DNA of 64,000 bases. It comes from Magnetospirillum sp. (GTDB lineage: Bacteria; Pseudomonadota; Alphaproteobacteria; CACIAM-22H2). The stretch covers positions 244,570-308,569 of the forward strand of contig JAPZUA010000004.1 in assembly GCA_027532905.1 (NCBI GenBank). Reading direction: 5' to 3'. The notes beneath the pieces are model-generated. The model did not search any database. It was given only the letters and a program-made list of their open reading frames with translations, and was not told the DNA's origin. Made by a program: the position numbers and the translations under genes. The first letter of the stretch is position 1, and each line of letters opens with the position of its first letter. Positions 1 to 7,348 of this stretch are shown in pieces.

Positions 1-758
1 GCCGCAAAAAACTCGTCGAGCTCGCGTTCCAGGATCGCGTGATCCGCGACGCGGCGGCCCTGCACTACACGGCCGAAGAGGAGATGCGGCTTGCGGCCCC
101 TTACGTGCATGGGGCACCCGGCGTGGTGGTGCCCAACGGGCTCGATATGCGGGCCTACGCGGACGTGCCGGCACGCGGCGCTTTTTTTGCCGCATATCCC
201 GAATTGGCCGGCACCAAGCCGATCCTGTTTTTGAGCCGCATCAATTTCAAGAAGGGGCTCGACGTGCTGATCCCGGCCTTCGCGAAGGCTTTGGCGGCGG
301 ATCCGGCTTTACGTCTGGTGGTTGCAGGCCCCGACGACGGCTATCTCGCCACCGCCAAGGGTTTTGCCGCATCGGCCGGTGTCGCCGACAAAGTGCTGTG
401 GCTCGGCATGCTGTCGGGCGAGGCCAAAAAAGCCGCGTTTGCCGACTGCGCGGCGTTCGCGTTGCCGTCGTGGAGCGAAAATTTCGGCATCGCGATCGTC
501 GAGGCGATGGCGTGCGAAGCGCCCGTCATCGTTTCGGACCGCGTGAACATCTGGCGCGAGATCGAAGCGGCGGGCGCCGGTCTCGTCTCGCCGCCGGAAG
601 TAGATGCGGTCGCCGCGCACATCTTGCTTCTGGCAGGCGATCCAATGCGCGGTCGGCGCATGGGCGAAGCAGGGCGCAAGCTTGCGGCGGCCAAATACGA
701 TTGGGCCACGATCGCGGTCGAACTCGAGCGGGTCTATGCCCGACTGGCGGAAAAATGA
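1..758 (+). CDS. Glycosyltransferase family 4 (GT-B, group 1), C-terminal part; 5' end is outside the window
   Basis: The reading frame is open to the window edge. It carries the GT4 C-terminal signature ...SWSENFGIAIVEAMACEAPVIVSD.... The TGA stop at 756-758 overlaps the next start (ATGA). Confidence 0.8.
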   Translation, partial: RKKLVELAFQDRVIRDAAALHYTAEEEMRLAAPYVHGAPGVVVPNGLDMRAYADVPARGAFFAAYPELAGTKPILFLSRINFKKGLDVLIPAFAKALAADPALRLVVAGPDDGYLATAKGFAASAGVADKVLWLGMLSGEAKKAAFADCAAFALPSWSENFGIAIVEAMACEAPVIVSDRVNIWREIEAAGAGLVSPPEVDAVAAHILLLAGDPMRGRRMGEAGRKLAAAKYDWATIAVELERVYARLAEK

Positions 759-1594
759 GTCCGGTTTCGGTCATTGTACTCACGTTCAATTCCGAGGCCA
801 CGATCGGCGCCACGCTCGATTCGGTCGTGGGCCTCAGCGACGACGTGCATGTCGTCGATTCAGGCTCGACCGACGGCACCCTTGCGATAATCGCGGCCAA
901 GGGTGCGAAGCTCGCGTCGCATCCGTTCGAAAACTACGGCGCGCAGCGCAACTGGGCCATCGACAATCTGCCATTGCAGCACGCCTGGCAGCTCCATCTC
1001 GACGCCGACGAGCGCGTAACACCCGCACTCAAGGCCGAGATCGAAAAGCTGCTGGCGGGCAATGTGGACGCGGAGATCGGCGGCTTCTACATCCCGCGCC
1101 TCGTGCATTTTCATGGGCAAGCGCTCAAACATGGCGGCATGTACCCGATCTACCATATGCGCCTGTTCCGCAAGGGGCGCGGGCGCTGCGAAGCGCGCAA
1201 ATACGACCAGCATTTCCACGCGCAAGGGCGCAGCGAAAAACTGCAGCACCCGATGATCGACGACATTCGCCTGAGCTTCGGCGAATGGACCACGCGGCAC
1301 AATCGCTGGGCCGATGCGGAGGTCGACGAGATCCTCAATCCCGGCGGGGGTGGCGTGATCCAGGCGGGCTCGGGCGATCCGGTCGCCGAGAAGCGCCGCG
1401 CGCGCGGCTGGTACTATCGCGCACCCTTGTTCTGGCGCGCGTTTATGTTGTTTTTCTATCGCTACGTCGTGAAGCTCGGTTTCCTCGACGGCAAGGAAGG
1501 TCTCATCTTCTACGTGCTGCAGACTTTGTGGTTCCGCTTCCTCGTCGATGCCAAGCTCTACGAACGCCGCAAGCAGATCGAGGCCCGCAAATGA
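755..1594 (+). CDS. Glycosyltransferase family 2 (WaaE/KdtX-like LPS-core type)
   Basis: ATG at 755 overlaps the upstream stop. The GT-A N-terminus reads MSPVSVIVLTFNSEATIGATLDSV..VVDSGSTDGT, followed by LDADE. The C-terminal GFLDGKEGLIFYVLQTLWFRFLVDAK resembles WaaE/KdtX-type enzymes, recognised from memory. Confidence 0.8.
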   Translation: MSPVSVIVLTFNSEATIGATLDSVVGLSDDVHVVDSGSTDGTLAIIAAKGAKLASHPFENYGAQRNWAIDNLPLQHAWQLHLDADERVTPALKAEIEKLLAGNVDAEIGGFYIPRLVHFHGQALKHGGMYPIYHMRLFRKGRGRCEARKYDQHFHAQGRSEKLQHPMIDDIRLSFGEWTTRHNRWADAEVDEILNPGGGGVIQAGSGDPVAEKRRARGWYYRAPLFWRAFMLFFYRYVVKLGFLDGKEGLIFYVLQTLWFRFLVDAKLYERRKQIEARK

Positions 1595-2523
1595 ACGATC
1601 CGTGCCTGTTCTGCGGGGCCGTCACACACATGGCCTTCCCCGACATCGTCGACAATCGCTTCGGCTCGCCAGGCCATTATGCGGTCCATGCGTGTGCGGC
1701 CTGCGGGGGTCGCCAGACCTTCCCGCGCCCCGACCAGGCAGCGCTCAAATCCCTCTATGAGCGCTACTACAATTACGGCGGCAAGACCGACGGTGCGTAC
1801 GCTTCGCTGCGCGAAAAATTTCTGTTCTCGCCTTTCTACCGACTGATGCTCGCACTCGACGGGGACGTATCTTTTCATCTCCAGCGAGGCAAAGGCCGCT
1901 TGCTCGATATCGGCTGCAACGAAGGGCGCGGCTTGCGGCTCTACAAGGCCAACGGCTTCGCCGCCGAAGGGCTCGAGCTCAATGCCCATGCGGCCGCCGC
2001 CGCCCGCGCGCACGGCTTCGCAGTTCACGAAAAACTCATCGAAGATTTTGCGCCCGCACAGCCCTACGACGTCGCCGTGCTCTCGAACGTGCTCGAGCAT
2101 GCGCCCGATCCGCGCGCGATGCTGGCGCACGTCGCGCGCATCCTCGCCCCCGGCGGCGAAGTTTGGATCAGCCTGCCCAACGTCGAATCCGCGATGGCCA
2201 AACTGTGCGGGCGCGATTGGATCAACTGGCATGTGCCGTTCCACATCGTGCATTTCAGCAGCACACGCCTCGAAAAACTTCTGGCCGAAGCGGGCTTCGA
2301 AGTGAAGGCGTCGCGCAATGTCACGCCGGCTTTGTGGGTCGCCCAATCGCTGATCGCCTGGACCTGGCGGCGCGATGCATCCGCCGCCATCCGCCTGCAG
2401 CGCAAGGCACCGTTGGTCGCAGGCCTTATGGCGATCGCGCGCGGGCTCTTCTTCCCGCTGTTGTGGGCGTGGACTGCGAGCGGGCGCGGCGATTGCCTCG
2501 TCGTGCGGGCCCGCAAACGCTGA
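1591..2523 (+). CDS. Class I SAM-dependent methyltransferase with N-terminal Cys4 zinc ribbon
   Basis: ATG at 1591 overlaps the upstream stop (ATGA). It has CLFCG...CAACG cysteine pairs, motif I LLDIGCNEGRG, and VLSNVLEHAPDP / LAPGGEVWISLPN. Confidence 0.8.
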   Translation: MNDPCLFCGAVTHMAFPDIVDNRFGSPGHYAVHACAACGGRQTFPRPDQAALKSLYERYYNYGGKTDGAYASLREKFLFSPFYRLMLALDGDVSFHLQRGKGRLLDIGCNEGRGLRLYKANGFAAEGLELNAHAAAAARAHGFAVHEKLIEDFAPAQPYDVAVLSNVLEHAPDPRAMLAHVARILAPGGEVWISLPNVESAMAKLCGRDWINWHVPFHIVHFSSTRLEKLLAEAGFEVKASRNVTPALWVAQSLIAWTWRRDASAAIRLQRKAPLVAGLMAIARGLFFPLLWAWTASGRGDCLVVRARKR

Positions 2524-3716
2524 TGCGCATTCTCGTGCACGATTTTCCGGGCCATGCCTTCCCGGTGCAGCTGTCGCGGGCACTGGCCCATCGCGGCCAT
2601 ACGGTGCGCCATCTGTGTTTTCCGGCCTTCCAAGCGCCCAAGGGGCCGCTGGCACGCCGGGCGGACGATCCGGCGAATTTCGAGGTTGCCTTCCTCGAAC
2701 TCGACGCGCCGTTCGAGAAGCACAGCTTCGTCAAACGCTGGCGCCAGGAGCGCGAGCTTGCGGGGGCCACGCAAGCCGCCATCGCAAGCTTCGCGCCCGA
2801 CGCCGTGCTCGCGGGCAATGCCCCGCTCGATGTGCAGGCCGCCAGCTATCGCGGGGCGCGTGCGGCCAATGCCGCATTTGTGTATTGGCTGCAGGATCTC
2901 GTCGGCTTCGCGATGCGCAAGATTTTGGGGCGCAAGCTCGGGCTTCCCGGCACGCTCGTCGGCATGGCCTACGAAGCCAAAGAGCGGCGGCTCATGTGCA
3001 AGTCCGATGCAGTCGTCGCGATCACCGACGATTTCCGGCCGCTGCTGGCAAAGTGGGGCGTCGCTGCCGAGCGCCTGCATATCGTCGAAAACTGGGCGGC
3101 ACGCGAGGAAGTGGCCGCAGCCTCCCGCGACAATGCGTGGGCGCGCGAACATGGTCTCGTCGGCCGCACGGTATTTCTCTATTCGGGCACGCTCGGCCTC
3201 AAGCACGATCCGAGCCTGCTGCTCGATCTGGCGAAATCGCAGCCCGACGCCGCCCTCGTCGTGAATTCCGAAGGGCTGGGAGCCGACTGGCTGCGCGCAC
3301 GCGGACCTGAAGCGCCCAACATGCTTATCCTGCCGTTCCAGCCGTTCGAGCGTTTGGGCGAAGTGCTGGCCTCCGCCGACATCCTGGTCGCGATCCTCGA
3401 GCCCGATGCGGGCGTGTTCTCGGTCCCGTCCAAAGTGCTCACCTATCTGTGCGCGGGGCGCCCGCTGCTGGTTGCTATCCCGCCTGAAAATCTCGCCGCC
3501 CGCCTCGTGCTGCGCGAGGGCGCGGGCCTCGCGGCCGCACCTGGGGATCGTGCGGCGTTTCTGGCGGCCGCGTCCCGCCTTGCGGCGGAGCCTGCGCTGC
3601 GCGCGGCCATGGGCGCCAAGGCGCTGGACTACGCCGCTAAGACCTTCGATATTGCGGCGATCGCCCGGCGATTCGAGGCGATTCTCGAACAGGCGATTCG
3701 GACGCGAAAAAAGTGA
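2523..3716 (+). CDS. Glycosyltransferase family 4 (WcaI-like)
   Basis: ATG at 2523 overlaps the upstream TGA by 1 nt. The N-terminus is MRILVHDFPGHAFPVQLSRALAHRGH. The C-terminal GT-B half reads ...LYSGTLGLKHD..., ...VPSKVLTYLCAGRPLL.... Confidence 0.75.
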   Translation: MRILVHDFPGHAFPVQLSRALAHRGHTVRHLCFPAFQAPKGPLARRADDPANFEVAFLELDAPFEKHSFVKRWRQERELAGATQAAIASFAPDAVLAGNAPLDVQAASYRGARAANAAFVYWLQDLVGFAMRKILGRKLGLPGTLVGMAYEAKERRLMCKSDAVVAITDDFRPLLAKWGVAAERLHIVENWAAREEVAAASRDNAWAREHGLVGRTVFLYSGTLGLKHDPSLLLDLAKSQPDAALVVNSEGLGADWLRARGPEAPNMLILPFQPFERLGEVLASADILVAILEPDAGVFSVPSKVLTYLCAGRPLLVAIPPENLAARLVLREGAGLAAAPGDRAAFLAAASRLAAEPALRAAMGAKALDYAAKTFDIAAIARRFEAILEQAIRTRKK

Positions 3717-4327
3717 GCCAATCCTTCGACAGCGACCGTTTCTACGAAGCGGAATTCGTCGAGCATCGCGCAGTCGCGGAAGCCACGCACCGCGCGCTCA
3801 AGGCAGCGTTCAAACAGCTGCTGGCCCAGGCTGTCGCAACGCTCCAGAACGGCGGCAAGATCCTGCTGTTCGGCAATGGCGGCTCAGCCGCCGACGCCCA
3901 GCATTTGGCGACCGAACTCACGGTTCGCTACATCAAAAATCGCCGCGCACTCGCCGCGATCGCCCTTACGACCGACAGCTCGGCCCTCACCGCAATCGGC
4001 AACGACATCGGCTTCGAGCGGCTATTCTCGCGCCAGATCGAAGCACTCGGCCGTGCCGGCGATCTTGCGATCGGCATCACGACGTCGGGCGCTTCGCCCA
4101 ACGTGCTCGAAGCCTTTCGCGTGGCGCGCAAGATGGGCATCGTCGTCGCCTGCCTCACCGGCAAGGACGGCGGCAAGGCCAAGGACCTTGCCGACATCGC
4201 GCTGATCGTGCCGTCCAACACCACGTCGCGCATCCAGGAGATGCACATCACGCTGGGCCAGATGATGTGCGGCGGCATCGAGCATGCGCTCGGCATCGCC
4301 GACGGCCCCGATCCCTACAGCCCCTAG
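3713..4327 (+). CDS. gmhA: D-sedoheptulose-7-phosphate isomerase (phosphoheptose isomerase)
   Basis: GTG at 3713 overlaps the upstream stop (GTGA). SIS-domain motifs present: LLFGNGGSAADAQHLATEL, GITTSGASPNV, QEMHITLGQ. Confidence 0.9.
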   Translation: MSQSFDSDRFYEAEFVEHRAVAEATHRALKAAFKQLLAQAVATLQNGGKILLFGNGGSAADAQHLATELTVRYIKNRRALAAIALTTDSSALTAIGNDIGFERLFSRQIEALGRAGDLAIGITTSGASPNVLEAFRVARKMGIVVACLTGKDGGKAKDLADIALIVPSNTTSRIQEMHITLGQMMCGGIEHALGIADGPDPYSP

Positions 4328-4346
4328 AAAACCGGGGACGTCCGCA

Positions 4347-5810
4347 ATGACCGTGAATGCCGATCTCGTGGCGCTGGTGCCCAAGCTCGCAGGTGCGCGC
4401 ATCGTGTGCATCGGCGATCTGATGCTCGACCGTTTCGTCTACGGGCGCGCCGAGCGCATCTCGCCCGAAGCGCCGATCCCGGTCTTGCGCATCGACCGCG
4501 AAGAATCGATGCTCGGCGGTGCCGGCAACGTCGTGCGCAACATCGTCGGGCTCGGCGGACATGTCGAGTTCGTGTCGGTCGTGGGCCAGGACACGGCGGG
4601 CCGCGAAGTGTTGAGCCTCGTCGCGGGGCTCGAGGGCGTGGAGCCGCATCTGTTGGTCGAACGCGACCGGCCGACCACGATCAAGACGCGCTTCGTCGCC
4701 GGTCACCAGCAGATGCTGCGCGCGGACAGCGAAACCAGTGCTCCCATCGCCGCCTCGACCGCCGAAGACGCGGCGCGCCTCGTTGCCCAGGCCATGAAGG
4801 ATTGCGGCGTCGTCGTGCTGTCCGACTACGCCAAGGGCGTGCTGCTGCCCGACCAGATCGCCGCGATCGTGAAGGCCGCCAAAGCCGCCAAGCGCATCGT
4901 GATCGTCGATCCCAAGGGCCGCGACTATGCGCGCTACAAAGGGGCCACGATCCTCACGCCCAATCGGCGCGAACTGGCCGATGCCACCGGGCTGCCGGCC
5001 GAAGGGGACAAGGGCGTTGAGCTTGCAGCACGCCGCCTGCTCAAAGTCACGGAAGCGGAAGCGATCGTCGTCACGCGCGGGGCCGAAGGCATGAGCATCG
5101 TGCCCGCCAAGGGCAAGGTCGAACATCTGCCCGCCCTCGCGCGCGAAGTGTTTGACGTGTCGGGGGCCGGCGATACGGTCATCGCGACACTCGCAACCGC
5201 ACTGGCAGGCGGGCTCTCGCTGCTCGAGGCCGCACGCCTGGCTTCGGTCGCGGCCAGCGTGGTCGTGGCCAAGCTCGGCACGGCGGTCGCCTACTCGGCC
5301 GATCTCGTGCGCGCACTCCGCCACGACGACATCGCGGTCAGCGAAAACAAATTCGTCACCGATGCGCAGGCGGTCGACCAGGTCGCGATCTGGCGCCGCC
5401 AGGGTCTGCGCGTCGGCTTCACGAACGGCTGCTTCGACCTCCTGCATCCCGGCCACGTCTCGCTGATTGCGCAAGCGCGCAGCGCTTGCGACCGGCTCGT
5501 GATCGGCCTCAATTCGGATGCCTCGATCAAGCGCCTCAAGGGCGAGAGCCGCCCCGTGCAGGGCGAAGCGGCCCGCGCCGCCGTGCTCGCGTCGCTCGGC
5601 CAAGTCGATCTCGTGGTCGTGTTCGCCGAAGACACGCCGATCAAACTCATCAAGGCGCTGAAGCCCGAGATCCTCGTCAAAGGTGCCGACTACACCAAAG
5701 ACAAAGTCGTGGGTGCGAGCGAGGTCGAAGGCTGGGGCGGCAAAGTGGTGCTGGCCAAACTCGTCGAAGGCCAGAGCACCACGGCCACGATCCGCAAGAT
5801 CGGGCGCTAG
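4347..5810 (+). CDS. hldE: Bifunctional D-beta-D-heptose 7-phosphate kinase / D-beta-D-heptose 1-phosphate adenylyltransferase
   Basis: ATG at 4347 lies 19 nt after gmhA. An N-terminal pfkB-type kinase (DVSGAGDTVIATLA) is fused to a C-terminal cytidylyltransferase (GFTNGCFDLLHPGHVSLI). Confidence 0.92.
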   Translation: MTVNADLVALVPKLAGARIVCIGDLMLDRFVYGRAERISPEAPIPVLRIDREESMLGGAGNVVRNIVGLGGHVEFVSVVGQDTAGREVLSLVAGLEGVEPHLLVERDRPTTIKTRFVAGHQQMLRADSETSAPIAASTAEDAARLVAQAMKDCGVVVLSDYAKGVLLPDQIAAIVKAAKAAKRIVIVDPKGRDYARYKGATILTPNRRELADATGLPAEGDKGVELAARRLLKVTEAEAIVVTRGAEGMSIVPAKGKVEHLPALAREVFDVSGAGDTVIATLATALAGGLSLLEAARLASVAASVVVAKLGTAVAYSADLVRALRHDDIAVSENKFVTDAQAVDQVAIWRRQGLRVGFTNGCFDLLHPGHVSLIAQARSACDRLVIGLNSDASIKRLKGESRPVQGEAARAAVLASLGQVDLVVVFAEDTPIKLIKALKPEILVKGADYTKDKVVGASEVEGWGGKVVLAKLVEGQSTTATIRKIGR

Positions 5811-7084
5811 ATCGGCGCTTCGAGTTTGCCGGCGACCGGCAAAGGCGCAAGAGCGTTCGAAGCCGGGCGCGGCAGCCAGCGCGCCATCAGCCGCTCGATG
5901 TTCTCGAGCCCGTCGAGCAGACCCGGAATAACGGCAGCCGACGGCGGCGCTTGATGGGCAAGTGCCCGCAAGGCAGCCACCATCGCCTCGGCGTCGCGCA
6001 CGCCGTCGTCGGGCAGCATGCGCGTGAGGCCCACGCTCTCGGCCCGCTCGGCGCGGATGAACTGCTCGAGGCGCGGCGCCACGCGCGGCACGATCACGGC
6101 CGGTTTGTCGAACGAAAGAATTTCGCAGAAGGTGTTGTAGCCGCCCATCGCGACGATGCCGGCCGCGCGCGTGATGAGCTGCTCGAGATGCGCATCGAAC
6201 GTGATCGCCTCGACCCGCGACGACAGGCGCGCCGCACGCTCGAGAAACTCCGACTGTTTTTCCGACTGCATGAACGGGCCCAGCACCAGCAAGGCGCGGT
6301 GCGGCAGCGCCGCCCCGCTTTCGTAGGCGCGCAAGACCCAGTCGATCAGCGCATCGCCGTCGCCGCCGCCGCCGGTGGTCACGAGCACGTAGGGCTGCTC
6401 GCGCGCTTCGGCCATTTCGACGGTCGAGCGCGGATTGCCCTGCGGCATCATGCGGTGCAGATAGCCCGTATAGCTGATCTTGCGGCGCACGCTCTGCGGA
6501 ATCGCGAGGCCCGCAAGCGGGTCGCAGATCTGCGGCAGGCCATAGATCCAGATGTCGTCGTAGAGATCGCGCAAGGCGGGCACCGCCTTCTTGCGCTTCC
6601 ATTCGGGCCCCAGCAAAGCGGGATCGTCCATCACGTCGCGCAGGCCCAGCACCAGCGGCACGCCGCGCCGCTTGAGGAAATGCAGCGTCTCGGAAACTTC
6701 GCCGCGCAAACCCAGCGGCTCCTTGTCGACGAGGAAAAGATCGGGATCGAACGCCTCGGCCGTGTGGCGGATGATCGAGCCGCGGATCGACAGGGTCTGG
6801 GCGATATCGATATGCAGATTGAGCGAAGTGTATTCGCCGTTACGCAGCTTGATGACGCCCGGAATGCGCACAAAATCGACACGAGCCTTGAAGTCGAACG
6901 AGCCGATGATCGGCGAGCCCGACAGGATCAGCACCGAAAGATCCTTGTCGGCCTGCACCATCGCGTGCGCGATCGCGCGGCAGCGGCGCAGATGGCCGAG
7001 GCCCATCGTGTCGTGGCTGTAGATGAGCACGCGGCGGTCTTTGCGGAACAACCGGCGCGTCGCACTCCCCGTATCGCTCGCCAT
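5807..7084 (-). CDS. Predicted glycosyltransferase, MurG/GT28-like C-terminal domain (COG4671-type)
   Basis: ATG at 7084 is preceded by GGGAGA. Motifs seen: YSHDTMGLGHLRRC, VTTGGGGDG, AMGGYNTFCEIL. A longer start at 7138 is possible. Confidence 0.7.
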   Translation of the reverse strand: MASDTGSATRRLFRKDRRVLIYSHDTMGLGHLRRCRAIAHAMVQADKDLSVLILSGSPIIGSFDFKARVDFVRIPGVIKLRNGEYTSLNLHIDIAQTLSIRGSIIRHTAEAFDPDLFLVDKEPLGLRGEVSETLHFLKRRGVPLVLGLRDVMDDPALLGPEWKRKKAVPALRDLYDDIWIYGLPQICDPLAGLAIPQSVRRKISYTGYLHRMMPQGNPRSTVEMAEAREQPYVLVTTGGGGDGDALIDWVLRAYESGAALPHRALLVLGPFMQSEKQSEFLERAARLSSRVEAITFDAHLEQLITRAAGIVAMGGYNTFCEILSFDKPAVIVPRVAPRLEQFIRAERAESVGLTRMLPDDGVRDAEAMVAALRALAHQAPPSAAVIPGLLDGLENIERLMARWLPRPASNALAPLPVAGKLEAPI

Positions 7085-7348
7085 CCCCGTCTCCCGCGCT
7101 GAAAGCGTGCCGCACCCCTTCGGCACGCCGCAACGCAAGGCACCTTATGCGAGATTGGACGCCGCTGCCAACAAGCATATTGCGGCGCAACCGCCACGAT
7201 AAGGTCCTTAAATACCGTATTTGAATGGCTTCATGACAATGTCGCATCCGGGCGGTGGCAATACCTTGATTTCTTGCCCCCGGCGGCACGCTCCATATAG
7301 TCTCAGGCCACGTACAGCACGCGCAAGACTCGCGAAAAGGCCGAAAGA

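Noticed and set aside
398-3716. Long N-terminal extensions of ORFs 398-1594, 604-2523 and 2163-3716 that overlap the preceding genes by hundreds of nt.
   Set aside because: The extensions are Arg-rich nonsense. Each real protein begins at an internal ATG that overlaps the upstream stop (755, 1591, 2523) and opens with a typical family N-terminus.
7105-7128. An 8-bp inverted repeat GCGTGCCG-N8-CGGCACGC in the divergent GT/ABC promoter region, considered as an operator.
   Set aside because: It is short and GC-rich, so it is expected by chance at this GC content. It could equally be part of the GT 5' UTR, or coding sequence if the 7138 start is used. I did not report it as a feature.
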